Shown piece by piece: positions 1-15,000 of a stretch of DNA of 64,000 nucleotides (positions are counted from its first letter, which is position 1; each line of letters opens with the position of its first letter). The notes under the pieces are model-generated. The model searched no databases and was not told the origin of the DNA. It was given only the letters and a program-made list of their open reading frames with translations. Both the position numbers and the translations under genes were made by a program. The stretch is from Eutreptiella sp. 'Long Island Sound 2002' (taxonomy: Eukaryota; Protista; Euglenida). The stretch lies in NCBI GenBank assembly GCA_964036045.1, contig OZ038379.1, forward strand, positions 21,576,001-21,640,000, given 5' to 3'.

Positions 1-1
1 C

Positions 2-3000
2 CGTGTGCGTCAGCGGGCCCTCCAGCGTCACGGCGGTGTGCGGGCGCACGGCGACGGTGCCGTTGCTGTGGAAGCCGCGACCGGCCAAGAGATGGTGCGT
101 CGGCTCCAGGAGCGCGACCAGATCCGAGGCCGCGAGCTGCGAGGCGAAGATCACGCTGGCGGCGATGCTGTTGAGGAGGGCGTGCACCCCGGCGCTGACA
201 AGCGGGCCTTCGAAGACGGTGGTGGCCCGTGCGATGGTGACATTGCCGGCGCTGGTCATGCCGCGGGCCCCGACGGTGTGCCGCACACGGAACAAGTCGT
301 CGGCGGCCGAGGAGCCCCCGGTAAAGAGGGCGGCGGCGCCGGCAGATAGCGATAGCAGGCCTTCGCCCCGGTGCCTCAATTCACCATGAAACGCGACCGA
401 AGCACCCGTTTCAATGGTGATGTTGCCCATGGACAGGAAGCCCAGCCCTCCGACGTAGTGCTCTGTGGAGCATCGGTCGCTCACTTGCAGCAGCTGCCGT
501 GCACTGCCCATTTGCAGATCGTCTTCCGTGAATGCAGCAATTTCCTCGGCACAACCGTCATCCACCGAAGAGCCAAACACCACCTTGGCACGGCTGCTCT
601 CCAAGTACGCCTGCACTCCGTAACTCCACAGCGACCCTGCAAATGTGGCCACAGACGTCTGGAACGTGATGTTACCGGCACTCCTCATGCCAAGGGCTGC
701 GATGTGGTGGTGCACAAGGGCTGCCTCATCCGCCATCCAGTTCTTGCCCTCGTCGTATCCAGCGAATGTCGCAACTGCCCCGGCAAACAGGTCGATGATG
801 CCCTGTCCCAGGTGCTTCAGAGGACCTTGGAACGTAGTCGCCGCTCCTGCCTCAATGCTGATGTTACCCATGGACTGGAACCCAAGGCCTCCAACCCAAT
901 GCCTGGTGAAGTCCTCATCACTCATCTGCAACAATCTGCGTGCACCAGACATGTCCTCCTCTGCCCTGCTGGCAAGAGAGACAGCAGCAAGCTCCTCGAT
1001 CCGGTCTTGGCTCAGCATGGAAGCAAACCTCACAACCGCACTGTTGCTGCTCATGTAAGCCTGCTTACCTTCACTCACCAATGGGCCCATGAAGATCGTC
1101 TCAGAGCGGTCGAAGCTCATGTTGCCAGCACTGATCATGCCCAGACCAGAAATGGAGTGCCGCACCAAAGCCATGATGCCCGTCATGAAATCTGGAATTG
1201 AGCCATATGCACCAGTGAACAGCACATGTCCGCCTGCATGCATATCGATCAGACCATCACCAGTATGATTCAGCGGGCCTTCAATCGTTGTATTGGCACC
1301 CTTTGTGATGCTGATGTTGCCCATGGACAGGAAGCCCAGCCCTCCGACGTAGTGCTCTGTGGTGTACTCCTCGGCTACTTGCAGCAGCCGGCGTGCACTG
1401 TCCATCTCCTGGCCATCCTGAGGGGTGTCCACCGAAGAGCCAAACACCACCTTGGCACGGCTGCTCTCCAAGTACGCCTGCACTCCGTAACTCCACAGCG
1501 ACCCTGCAAATGTGGCCACAGACGTCTGGAACGTGATGTTACCGGCACTCCTCATGCCAAGGGCTGCGATGTGGTGGTGCACAAGGGCTGCCTCATCCGC
1601 CATCCAGTTCTTGCCCTCGTCGTATCCAGCGAATGTCGCAACTGCCCCGGCAAACAGGTCGATGATGCCCTGTCCCAGGTGCTTCAGAGGACCTTGGAAC
1701 GTAGTCGCCGCTCCTGCCTCAATGCTGATGTTACCCATGGACTGGAACCCAAGGCCTCCAACCCAATGCCTGGTGAAGTCCTCATCACTCATCTGCAACA
1801 ATCTGCGTGCACCAGACATGTCCTCCTCTGCCCTGCTGGCACGAGAGACAGCAGCAAGCTCCTCGATCCGGTCTTGGCTCAGCATGGAAGCAAACCTCAC
1901 AACCGCACTGTTGCTGCTCATGTAAGCCTGCTTACCTTCACTCACCAATGGGCCCATGAAGATCGTCTCAGAGCGGTCGAAGCTCATGTTGCCAGCACTG
2001 ATCATGCCCAGACCAGAAATGGAGTGCCGCACCAAAGCCATGATGCCCGTCATGAAATCTGGAATTGAGCCATATGCACCAGTGAACAGCACATGTCCGC
2101 CTGCATGCATATCGATCAGACCATCACCAGTATGATTCAGCGGGCCTTCAATCGTTGTATTGGCACCCTTTGTGATGCTGATGTTGCCCATGGACAGGAA
2201 GCCCAGCCCTCCAACGTAGTGCTCTGTGGTGTACTCCTCGGCTACTTGCAGCAGCCGGCGTGCACTGTCCATCTCCTGGCCATCCTGAGGGGTGTCCACC
2301 GAAGAGCCAAACACCACCTTGGCACGGCTGCTCTCCAAGTACGCCTGCACTCCGTAACTCCACAGCGACCCTGCAAATGTGGCCACAGACGTCTGGAACG
2401 TGATGTTACCGGCACTCCTCATGCCAAGGGCTGCGATGTGGTGGTGCACAAGGGCTGCCTCATCCGCCATCCAGTTCTTGCCCTCGTCGTATCCAGCGAA
2501 TGTCGCAACTGCCCCGGCAAACAGGTCGATGATGCCCTGTCCCAGGTGCTTCAGAGGACCTTGGAACGTAGTCGCCGCTCCTGCCTCAATGCTGATGTTA
2601 CCCATGGACTGGAACCCAAGGCCTCCAACCCAATGCCTGGTGAAGTCCTCATCACTCATCTGCAACAATCTGCGTGCACCAGACATGTCCTCCTCTGCCC
2701 TGCTGGCACGAGAGACAGCAGCAAGCTCCTCGATCCGGTCTTGGCTCAGCATGGAAGCAAACCTCACAACCGCACTGTTGCTGCTCATGTAGGCGTCCGT
2801 TCCGTTACTCACCAGGGACCCCAAAAAGATGGTCTCGGACAGCACAAAACTGATGTTGCCCAAGGACCAGAAGCCCAGCCCTGCCACCGAATGCTTAGTA
2901 ACAGCAGCAGGCGACAGAGCCTTGCTGTGCAGCAGCCGTCGGGAAGAGGACGCAGCTTCATCAGGCAGGTCTACGGTAGACGAACCATGGGACGTAAAAA

Positions 3001-6000
3001 TGACTGTGGCATCGGAGCTGTACAACAGGGAGGTCTCGCCATGGCTTTGCAGGGGTCCTTCAAATGAGGTCACGGACCAGTCAAAGCTGATGTTACCCGC
3101 GCTCGTGAGACCCTCCGCAGCAACGCGATGGGGCACGATGTTGTTGCCTGTGAAACGTGCATGTGTACCAGATGTCATGTTAATGATCCCATCACCCTTG
3201 TGGTCCAGCGGGCCCTGGAAGGTGGCAGTGGCCCCTGTCAGAATACTGATATTGCCCATGGAAAGGAACCCGACCCCACCAATTAAGTGGTTGGTGAACG
3301 TCCGGAACATATCAGCACGCTGCTCTGGCATCTGCAACAGTCGGCGGGAACCGAAGGCGTTCTCGTTCGCATGCATCGTAGACAACAGGTCATCGGTCTC
3401 CTGCGGGCTTTGAGTGGCATCAAGAACAATGGTTGCGTTGATACTGTCCATGTATGCTGTCTCACCGTCACTGATAAGAGGAGCTTTGAAGGTCGTGATG
3501 GAAGTGTCGAAGCTGATATTGCCGGCACTCCGCATACCCCGGGATGCAACAAGATGCTTCACCATGGCATCCCTGTCCTTCAGGAAGTCCAGCTGCAGCA
3601 GCTGGCGGCCATTGCCCTGAGATTCCGCAGAGTACTTGCCAGTGAACAGCGCATGCGCTCCAGCAGTCATTGTGATGATCCCACGGCCGGTCTGGTTCAG
3701 TGGCCCCTGGAACGTTGTATCAGCACCGGTCACAATGCTGATGTTGCCCTTGGATTGGAAGCCCAAACCACCAACCAAGTGGTTGGTGAAGTTCTCAAAC
3801 ATGTGTGTGCTTCCGTCCTCCATTTGCAGCAGTCGGCGTTTACCCAGACCTTCGGCTGCCTCTTCAACCGCCTTCACCGTCATCCCAGCTGTTTGCCCAG
3901 AAACACCAGATGCAAACACAACAGTGGCGTTGATGCTGTCCATGATTGCAGTCTCTCCATCGCTCCGCAGGGGTCCCTCAAAGGTGGTCTCAGATACGTC
4001 GAAGCTGATGTTACCCGCACTGGCCATGCCCAACGCTGCAACACGATGCTTCACAAGCTTCGCCTGGTCAATGCCGTCGCCCTCCTGCAGCAGCTGCCGC
4101 CACATGGGGCTGCCAGCATCGCCGTATGATCCTGTAAACAGCGCATGTGCTCCAGCAGTCATGGTGATGATCCCACTGCCGGTGTGGTTCAGTGGTCCCT
4201 GGAACGTCGTATCAGCACCGGTCACAATGCTGACGTTGCCCATGGATAGGAAGCCCAGTCCACCAACCAAGTGGTTGGTGAAGTTCTCAAATATCTTCTT
4301 GCTTCCGTCTTCCATCTGCAGCAAACGGCGGGTGGTGAAGGGACTGTCTCCATCGTTATTCGCCGCGGAAAGAACTCTCGCGGTGTCCTCCGCGCTTTGG
4401 GTTGCATCAAACACAACCGTCGCATTCGTGCTGTCCATGTAGGCCGTCTTTCCGTCGCTCACAAGGGGCCCCTTGAAAGTCGTTACCGATACATCGAAGC
4501 TGATGTTGCCTGCACTGCGCATGCCCATGGCTGCCACTTCGTGCTTGACCATATCACCCCAAGAAGGAATGAATGATGATTCATCAAGCAGGCCACGGCC
4601 TGTTGACCCATACTTGCCAGTAAACAATGCATGTGCACCGGCCGTCATATCAATGATACCCTGGCCGGTGTGGTTCAATGGCCCCTGGAACGTTGTGTCC
4701 GCGCCAGATACGATGCTGATGTTGCCCATGGAAAGGAATCCCAGTCCTCCAACCAAGTGATTGGTGAAATTAGCGAACTTCCCATCCTTCATCTGCAACA
4801 GCCGACGCTTCATCAAAGTGGAATCGAGTGATGAGCTATCGGCAGTGTAAGAGTCATCGTCTAACTCTGTTGCATCGCTGGACGCAAACACAACCGTGGC
4901 ATTGATGCTGTCCATGTATGCTGTCTCACCATCGTTGTGCAGCGGACCTTCGAAGGTGGTCACTGATACATCAAAGCTGATATTGCCCTCACTGGCCATC
5001 CCCCTTGCAGCAACAAGATGCTTCACCAGCTTCTCTTGTCCATCCAACAACTTGAACTGCTGCAACTCCTTTCCGAGGCGCTTCTGAACCTGACCATAGT
5101 CACCAGTGAACAGCGCATGTGCTCCAGCAGTCATTGTGATGATCCCACGGCCGGTGTGGGTCAGTGGCCCCTGGAACGTCGTATCAGCACCAGTCACAAT
5201 GCTGATGTTGCCCTTGGATTGGAAGCCCAGTCCACCAACCAAGTGGTTGGTGAAGTTCTGGTACATTACATACCCTCCATCTTCCAGTTGTAGTAACCGC
5301 CGCATCCCCAGTTCTGTGACGTCATTGTCAGTCTGCACAATGTTAGCCTGAGCGATGATTTTCCCAACGTCTTCCTTGGAGAAGGGTGATGCGAACTCTA
5401 CAGTCGCATTGGCGCTCTTCATGTAGGCTGTCGTACCATCGCTAACCAGAGGACCTTCGAAGGATGTTACGGACCGATCAAAGCTGATATTACCTGCACT
5501 CATCATGCCCTTGGCCGCCACACGGTGGTTCACAAGGCCCTCTTTGTCAAGCATCTGCATCAGACCACGCCCGGCGAGCCCGTCGGGGTAGGCACCAGTG
5601 AACAACGCGTGTGCTCCCTCAGTCATGTCAATGAGGCCCTCACCAGTGTGATGCAATGCTCCCTGGAATGTGGTGTCAGCCCCACTTGTGATACTGATAT
5701 TGCCCATGGAGAGGAACCCAAGGCCTCCCACCAAGTGCCTGGTGAAGTTCTCATACATCATGGAGTCCCCGTCTTCGGTTTGCAGCAGCCTGCGCTTTGT
5801 TAGCGTACTTGGTCTGTCACCTTCGTAGCTCGCCTGGGAAAGGCGTTTCTTCGACGTACCAGAGGAAAACACGACGCTGGCATTGATGCTGTTCATGTAG
5901 GCAGTCTTGCCATCACTCTGAAGACGTGATTCAAAAGTGGTCACCGAGAGGTCGAAGCTAATGTTTCCTGCACTCGTCATCCCGAGGGCCGCAATACGAT

Positions 6001-9000
6001 GCTTCACCATCCCCTCCTGACCTGGCATTTGGAGCAGAGTGCGAGAAATGGTGGCATCGGGGTAGTCACCAGTGAACAATGCATGCGCTCCCTCAGTCAT
6101 GTCAATTAGCCCATCGCCGGTATGAGTCAGTGACCCCTGGAACGTTGTGTCCGCACCGGTCACAATGCTGATGTTGCCCTTGGATTGGAAGCCCAGTCCA
6201 CCGACCAGGTGGTTGGTGAAGTTCTCGTACATTCCAACGCGCTGCCCAGACACTTGGAGGAGACGGCGGGATGAAAAATCAAAACCTTGAGTACCCATGG
6301 AGGCAAGGTCGAGGTAAATTGTTTCTGAGCTTTGGGTTGCATCAAACACAACCGTTGCATTCGTGCTGTCCATGTAGGCCGTCTTTCCGTCGCTCACAAG
6401 GGGCCCCTTGAAAGTCGTTACCGATACATCGAAGCTGATGTTGCCTGCACTGCGCATGCCCATGGCTGCCACTTCGTGCTTGACCATATCATCCCAAGAA
6501 GGAATGAATGATGATTCATCAAGCAGGCCACGGCCTGTTGACCCATACTTGCCAGTAAACAATGTATGTGCACCGGCCGTCATATCAATGATACCCTGGC
6601 CGGTGTGGTTCAATGGCCCCTGGAATGTTGTGTCCGCGCCAGATACGATGCTGATGTTGCCCATGGAAAGGAATCCCAGTCCTCCAACCAAGTGATTGGT
6701 GAAATTAGCGAACTTCCCATCCTTCATCTGCAACAGCCGACGCTTCATCAAAGTGGAATCGAGTGATGAGCTATCGGCCGTAGAGGTGTCACCGGGTGAT
6801 GCTGTGGTATCGCTGGACGCAAACACAACCGTGGCATTGATGCTGTCCATGTATGCTGTCTCACCATCGTTGTGCAGCGGACCTTCGAAGGTGGTCACTG
6901 ATACATCAAAGCTGATATTGCCCTCACTGGCCATCCCCCTTGCAGCAACAAGATGCTTCACCATGGCATCCCTGTCCTTCAGGAAGTCCAGCTGCAGCAG
7001 CTGGCGGCCATTGCCCTGAGATTCCGCAGAGTACTTGCCAGTGAACAGCGCATGCGCTCCAGCAGTCATTGTGATGATCCCACGGCCGGTCTGGTTCAGT
7101 GGCCCCTGGAACGTCGTATCAGCACCGGTCACAATGCTGATGTTGCCCTTGGATTGGAAGCCCAAACCACCAACCAAGTGGTTGGTGAAGTTCTCAAACA
7201 TTTGTGTGCTTCCGTCCTCCATTTGCAGCAGTCGGCGTTTACCCAGACCTTCGGCTGCCTCTTCAACCGCCTTCACCGTCATCCCAGCTGTCTGCCCAGA
7301 AACACCAGATGCAAACACAACAGTGGCGTTGATGCTGTCCATGATTGCAGTCTCTCCATCGCTCCGCAGGGGTCCCTCAAAGGTGGTCTCAGATACGTCG
7401 AAGCTGATGTTACCCGCACTGGCCATGCCCAACGCTGCAACACGATGCTTCACAAGCTTCGCCTGGTCAATGCCGTCGCCCTCCTGCAGCAGCTGCCGCC
7501 ACATGGGGCTGCCAGCATCGCCGTATGATCCTGTAAACAGCGCATGTGCTCCAGCAGTCATCGTGATGATCCCACTGCCGGTGTGGTTCAGTGGTCCCTG
7601 GAACGTCGTATCAGCACCAGTCACAATGCTGACGTTGCCCATGGATAGGAAGCCCAGTCCACCAACCAAGTGGTTGGTGAAGTTCTCAAACATCTTCTTG
7701 CTTCCGTCTTCCATCTGCAACAGTCTGCGCTTCACCAGGCTGGCGTCGATTTCCTCATCCTTCGCCCCGTTGTACTCTCCACTACCAGACAGTTGGGCCA
7801 CTGCGTTTCGCACCTGCTCCTCGCTCATGCTCATGACAGGCGATGAGAACACGACACTCGCATTGGCACTGTCCATGTAAGCCGTCTCCCCATCACTACG
7901 CAGTGGTCCCTCAAAGGTTGTAACCGACAAATCGAAGCTGATGTTTCCTGCACTCTTCATCCCCAAGGCTGCTACACGATGCTTCACAAGATCCTGCTCT
8001 CCATCCATGAAATTCACGGCCAGCATCCTGCGTGCCAAAGAAGCCCCAATGGCATCGCCATACTTGCCAGTAAACAATGCATGTGCACCGGCCGTCATAT
8101 CAATGATACCCTGGCCGGTGTGGTTCAATGGCCCCTGGAATGTTGTGTCCGCGCCAGATACGATGCTGATGTTGCCCATGGAAAGAAATCCCAGTCCTCC
8201 AACCAAGTGATTGGTGAAATTAGCGAACTTCCCATCCTTCATCTGCAACAGCCGACGCTTCATCAAAGTGGAATCGAGTGATGAGCTATCGGCAGTCCCA
8301 TCCGCAGACCATTGCTTCTGTGAGCTAGCCTGCAATGCTGTGGTATCGCTGGACGCAAACACAACCGTGGCATTGATGCTGTCCATGTATGCTGTCTCAC
8401 CATCGTTGTGCAGCGGACCTTCGAAGGTGGTCACTGATACATCAAAGCTGATATTGCCCTCACTGGCCATCCCCCTTGCAGCAACAAGATGCTTCACCAT
8501 GGCATCCCTGTCCTTCAGGAAGTCCAGCTGCAGCAGCTGGCGGCCATTGCCCTGAGATTCCGCAGAGTACTTGCCAGTGAACAGCGCATGCGCTCCAGCA
8601 GTCATTGTGATGATCCCACGGCCGGTCTGGTTCAGTGGCCCCTGGAACGTCGTATCAGCACCGGTCACAATGCTGATGTTGCCCTTGGATTGGAAGCCCA
8701 AACCACCAACCAAGTGGTTGGTGAAGTTCTCAAACATTTGTGTGCTTCCGTCCTCCATTTGCAGCAGTCGGCGTTTACCCAGACCTTCGGCTGCCTCTTC
8801 AACCGCCTTCACCGTCATCCCAGCTGTCTGCCCAGAAACACCAGATGCAAACACAACAGTGGCGTTGATGCTGTCCATGATTGCAGTCTCTCCATCGCTC
8901 CGCAGGGGTCCCTCAAAGGTGGTCTCAGATACGTCGAAGCTGATGTTACCCGCACTGGCCATGCCCAACGCTGCAACACGATGCTTCACAAGCTTCGCCT

Positions 9001-12000
9001 GGTCAATGCCGTCGCCCTCCTGCAGCAGCTGCCGCCACATGGGGCTGCCAGCATCGCCGTATGATCCTGTAAACAGCGCATGTGCTCCAGCAGTCATCGT
9101 GATGATCCCACTGCCGGTGTGGTTCAGTGGTCCCTGGAACGTCGTATCAGCACCAGTCACAATGCTGACGTTGCCCATGGATAGGAAGCCCAGTCCACCA
9201 ACCAAGTGGTTGGTGAAGTTCTCAAACATCTTCTTGCTTCCGTCTTCCATCTGCAACAGTCTGCGCTTCACCAGGCTGGCGTCGATTTCCTCATCCTTCG
9301 CCCCGTTGTATTCTCCACTACCAGACAGTTGGGCCACTGCGTTTCGCACCTGCTCCTCGCTCATGCTCATGACAGGCGATGAGAACACGACACTCGCATT
9401 GGCACTGTCCATGTAAGCCGTCTCCCCATCACTACGCAGTGGTCCCTCAAAGGTTGTAACCGACAAATCGAAGCTGATGTTTCCTGCACTCTTCATCCCC
9501 AAGGCTGCTACACGATGCTTCACAAGATCCTGCTCTCCATCCATGAAATTCACGGCCAGCATCCTGCGTGCCAAAGAAGCCCCAATGGCATCGCCATACT
9601 TGCCAGTAAACAATGCATGTGCACCGGCCGTCATATCAATGATACCCTGGCCGGTGTGGTTCAATGGCCCCTGGAATGTTGTGTCCGCGCCAGATACGAT
9701 GCTGATGTTGCCCATGGAAAGAAATCCCAGTCCTCCAACCAAGTGATTGGTGAAATTAGCGAACTTCCCATCCTTCATCTGCAACAGCCGACGCTTCATC
9801 AAAGTGGAATCGAGTGATGAGCTATCGGCAGTCCCATCCGCAGACCATTGCTTCTGTGAGCTAGCCTGCAATGCTGTGGTATCGCTGGACGCAAACACAA
9901 CCGTGGCATTGATGCTGTCCATGTATGCTGTCTCACCATCGTTGTGCAGCGGACCTTCGAAGGTGGTCACTGATACATCAAAGCTGATATTGCCCTCACT
10001 GGCCATCCCCCTTGCAGCAACAAGATGCTTCACCATGGCATCTTTGTCCTTCAGGAAGTCCAGCTGCAGCAGCTGGCGGCCATTGCCCTGAGATTCCGCA
10101 GAGTACTTGCCAGTGAACAGCGCATGCGCTCCAGCAGTCATTGTGATGATCCCACGGCCGGTCTGGTTCAGTGGCCCCTGGAACGTCGTATCAGCACCGG
10201 TCACAATGCTGATGTTGCCCTTGGATTGGAAGCCCAAACCACCAACCAAGTGGTTGGTGAAGTTCTCAAACATTTGTGTGCTTCCGTCCTCCATTTGCAG
10301 CAGTCGGCGTTTACCCAGACCTTCGGCTGCCTCTTCAACCGCCTTCACCGTCATCCCAGCTGTTTGCCCAGAAACACCAGATGCAAACACAACAGTGGCG
10401 TTGATGCTGTCCATGATTGCAGTCTCTCCATCGCTCCGCAGGGGTCCCTCAAAGGTGGTCTCAGATACGTCGAAGCTGATGTTACCCGCACTGGCCATGC
10501 CCAACGCTGCAACACGATGCTTCACAAGCTTCGCCTGGTCAATGCCGTCGCCCTCCTGCAGCAGCTGCCGCCACATGGGGCTGCCAGCATCGCCGTATGA
10601 TCCTGTAAACAGCGCATGTGCTCCAGCAGTCATGGTGATGATCCCACTGCCGGTGTGGTTCAGTGGTCCCTGGAACGTCGTATCAGCACCAGTCACAATG
10701 CTGACGTTGCCCATGGATAGGAAGCCCAGTCCACCAACCAAGTGGTTGGTGAAGTTCTCAAACATCTTCTTGCTTCCGTCTTCCATCTGCAACAGTCTGC
10801 GCTTCACCAGGCTGGCGTCGATTTCCTCATCCTTCGCCCCGTTGTACTCTCCACTACCAGACAGTTGGGCCACTGCGTTTCGCACCTGCTCCTCGCTCAT
10901 GCTCATGACAGGCGATGAGAACACGACACTCGCATTGGCACTGTCCATGTATGCCGTCTCCCCATCACTACGCAGTGGTCCCTCAAAGGTTGTAACCGAC
11001 AAATCGAAGCTGATGTTTCCTGCACTCTTCATCCCCAAGGCTGCTACACGATGCTTCACAAGATCCTGCTCTCCATCCATGAAATTCACGGCCAGCATCC
11101 TGCGTGCCAAAGAAGCCCCAATGGCATCGCCATACTTGCCAGTAAACAATGCATGTGCACCGGCCGTCATATCAATGATACCCTGGCCGGTGTGGTTCAA
11201 TGGCCCCTGGAATGTTGTGTCCGCGCCAGATACGATGCTGATGTTGCCCATGGAAAGAAATCCCAGTCCTCCAACCAAGTGATTGGTGAAATTAGCGAAC
11301 TTCCCATCCTTCATCTGCAACAGCCGACGCTTCATCAAAGTGGAATCGAGTGATGAGCTGTCGGCAGTCCCATCCGCAGACCATTGCTTCTGGGAGCTAG
11401 CCTGCAATGCTGTGGTATCGCTGGACGCAAACACAACCGTGGCATTGATGCTGTCCATGTATGCTGTCTCACCATCGTTGTGCAGCGGACCTTCGAAGGT
11501 GGTCACTGATACATCAAAGCTGATATTGCCCTCACTGGCCATCCCCCTTGCAGCAACAAGATGCTTCACCATGGCATCTCTGTCCTTCAGGAAGTCCAGC
11601 TGCAGCAGCTGGCGGCCATTGCCCTGAGATTCCGCAGAGTACTTGCCAGTGAACAGCGCATGCGCTCCAGCAGTCATTGTGATGATCCCACGGCCGGTCT
11701 GGTTCAGTGGCCCCTGGAACGTCGTATCAGCACCGGTCACAATGCTGATGTTGCCCTTGGATTGGAAGCCCAAACCACCAACCAAGTGGTTGGTGAAGTT
11801 CTCAAACATTTGTGTGCTTCCGTCCTCCATTTGCAGCAGTCGGCGTTTACCCAGACCTTCGGCTGCCTCTTCAACCGCCTTCACCGTCATCCCAGCTGTC
11901 TGCCCAGAAACACCAGATGCAAACACAACAGTGGCGTTGATGCTGTCCATGATTGCAGTCTCTCCATCGCTCCGCAGGGGTCCCTCAAAGGTGGTCTCAG

Positions 12001-15000
12001 ATACGTCGAAGCTGATGTTACCCGCACTGGCCATGCCCAACGCTGCAACACGATGCTTCACAAGCTTCGCCTGGTCAATGCCGTCGCCCTCCTGCAGCAG
12101 CTGCCGCCACATGGGGCTGCCAGCATCGCCGTATGATCCTGTAAACAGCGCATGTGCTCCAGCAGTCATCGTGATGATCCCACTGCCGGTGTGGTTCAGT
12201 GGTCCCTGGAACGTCGTGTCAGCACCAGTCACAATGCTGACGTTGCCCATGGATAGGAAGCCCAGTCCACCAACCAAGTGGTTGGTGAAGTTCTCAAACA
12301 TCTTCTTGCTTCCGTCTTCCATCTGCAACAGTCTGCGCTTCACCAGGCTGGCGTCGATTTCCTCATCCTTCGCCCCGTTGTACTCTCCACTACCAGACAG
12401 TTGGGCCACTGCGTTTCGCACCTGCTCCTCGCTCATGCTCATGACAGGCGATGAGAACACGACACTCGCATTGGCACTGTCCATATATGCCGTCTCCCCA
12501 TCACTACGCAGTGGTCCCTCAAAGGTCGTAACCGACAAATCGAAGCTGATGTTTCCTGCACTCTTCATCCCCAAGGCTGCTACACGATGCTTCACAAGAT
12601 CCTGCTCTCCATCCATGAAATTCACGGCCAGCATCCTGCGTGCCGGAGCAACCAATGATTCACCGTACTCCGGATATGAGCCAGTAAACAATGCATGTGC
12701 ACCGGCCGTCATATCAATGATACCCTGGCCGGTGTGGTTCAATGGCCCCTGGAACGTTGTGTCCGCGCCAGATACGATGCTGATGTTGCCCATGGAAAGG
12801 AATCCCAGTCCTCCAACCAAGTGATTGGTGAAATTAGCGGACTTCCCATCCTTCATCTGCAACAGCCGACGCTTCATCAAAGTGGAATCGAGTGATGAGC
12901 TATCGGCCGTAGAGGTGTCACCGGGTGATGCTGTGGTATCGCTGGACGCAAACACAACCGTGGCATTGATGCTGTCCATGTATGCTGTCTCACCATCGTT
13001 GTGCAGCGGACCTTCGAAGGTGGTCACTGATACATCAAAGCTGATATTGCCCTCACTGGCCATCCCCCTTGCAGCAACAAGATGCTTCACCATGGCATCT
13101 TTGTCCTTCAGGAAGTCCAGCTGCAGCAGCTGGCGGCCATTGCCCTGAGATTCCGCAGAGTACTTGCCAGTGAACAGTGCATGCGCTCCAGCAGTCATTG
13201 TGATGATCCCACGGCCGGTCTGGTTCAGTGGCCCCTGGAACGTCGTATCAGCACCGGTCACAATGCTGATGTTGCCCTTGGATTGGAAGCCCAAACCACC
13301 AACCAAGTGGTTGGTGAAGTTCTCAAACATTTGTGTGCTTCCGTCCTCCATTTGCAGCAGTCGGCGTTTACCCAGACCTTCGGCTGCCTCTTCAACCGCC
13401 TTCACCGTCATCCCAGCTGTCTGCCCAGAAACACCAGATGCAAACACAACAGTGGCGTTGATGCTGTCCATGATTGCAGTCTCTCCATCGCTCCGCAGGG
13501 GTCCCTCAAAGGTGGTCTCAGATACGTCGAAGCTGATGTTACCCGCACTGGCCATGCCCAACGCTGCAACACGATGCTTCACAAGCTTCGCCTGGTCAAT
13601 GCCGTCGCCCTCCTGCAGCAGCTGCCGCCACATGGGGCTGCCAGCATCGCCGTATGATCCTGTAAACAGCGCATGTGCTCCAGCAGTCATCGTGATGATC
13701 CCACTGCCGGTGTGGTTCAGTGGTCCCTGGAACGTCGTATCAGCACCAGTCACAATGCTGACGTTGCCCATGGATAGGAAGCCCAGTCCACCAACCAAGT
13801 GGTTGGTGAAGTTCTCAAACATCTTCTTGCTTCCGTCTTCCATCTGCAACAGTCTGCGCTTCACCAGGCTGGCGTCGATTTCCTCATCCTTCGCCCCATT
13901 GTACTCTCCACTACCAGACAGTTGGGCCACTGCGTTTCGCACCTGCTCCTCGCTCATGCTCATGACAGGCGATGAGAACACGACACTCGCATTGGCACTG
14001 TCCATGTATGCCGTCTCCCCATCATTACGCAGTGGTCCCTCAAAGGTCGTAACCGACAAATCGAAGCTGATGTTTCCTGCACTCTTCATCCCCAAGGCTG
14101 CTACACGATGCTTCACAAGATCCTGCTCTCCATCCATGAAATTCACGGCCAGCATCTTGCGTGCCAAAGAAGCCCCAACGGCATCGCCATACTTGCCAGT
14201 AAACAATGCATGTGCACCGGCCGTCATATCAATGATACCCTGGCCGGTGTGGTTCAATGGCCCCTGGAATGTTGTGTCCGCGCCAGATACGATGCTGATG
14301 TTGCCCATGGAAAGAAATCCCAGTCCTCCAACCAAGTGATTGGTGAAATTAGCGAACTTCCCATCCTTCATCTGCAACAGCCGACGCTTCATCAAAGTGG
14401 AATCGAGTGATGAGCTGTCGGCAGTCCCATCCGCAGACCATTGCTTCTGGGAGCTAGCCTGCAATGCTGTGGTATCGCTGGACGCAAACACAACCGTGGC
14501 ATTGATGCTGTCCATGTATGCTGTCTCACCATCGTTGTGCAGCGGACCTTCGAAGGTGGTCACTGATACATCAAAGCTGATATTGCCCTCACTGGCCATC
14601 CCCCTTGCAGCAACAAGATGCTTCACCATGGCATCTCTGTCCTTCAGGAAGTCCAGCTGCAGCAGCTGGCGGCCATTGCCCTGAGATTCCGCAGAGTACT
14701 TGCCAGTGAACAGTGCATGCGCTCCAGCAGTCATTGTGATGATCCCACGGCCGGTCTGGTTCAGTGGCCCCTGGAACGTCGTATCAGCACCGGTCACAAT
14801 GCTGATGTTGCCCTTGGATTGGAAGCCCAAACCACCAACCAAGTGGTTGGTGAAGTTCTCAAACATTTGTGTGCTTCCGTCCTCCATTTGCAGCAGTCGG
14901 CGTTTACCCAGACCTTCGGCTGCCTCTTCAACCGCCTTCACCGTCATCCCAGCTGTCTGCCCAGAAACACCAGATGCAAACACAACAGTGGCGTTGATGC

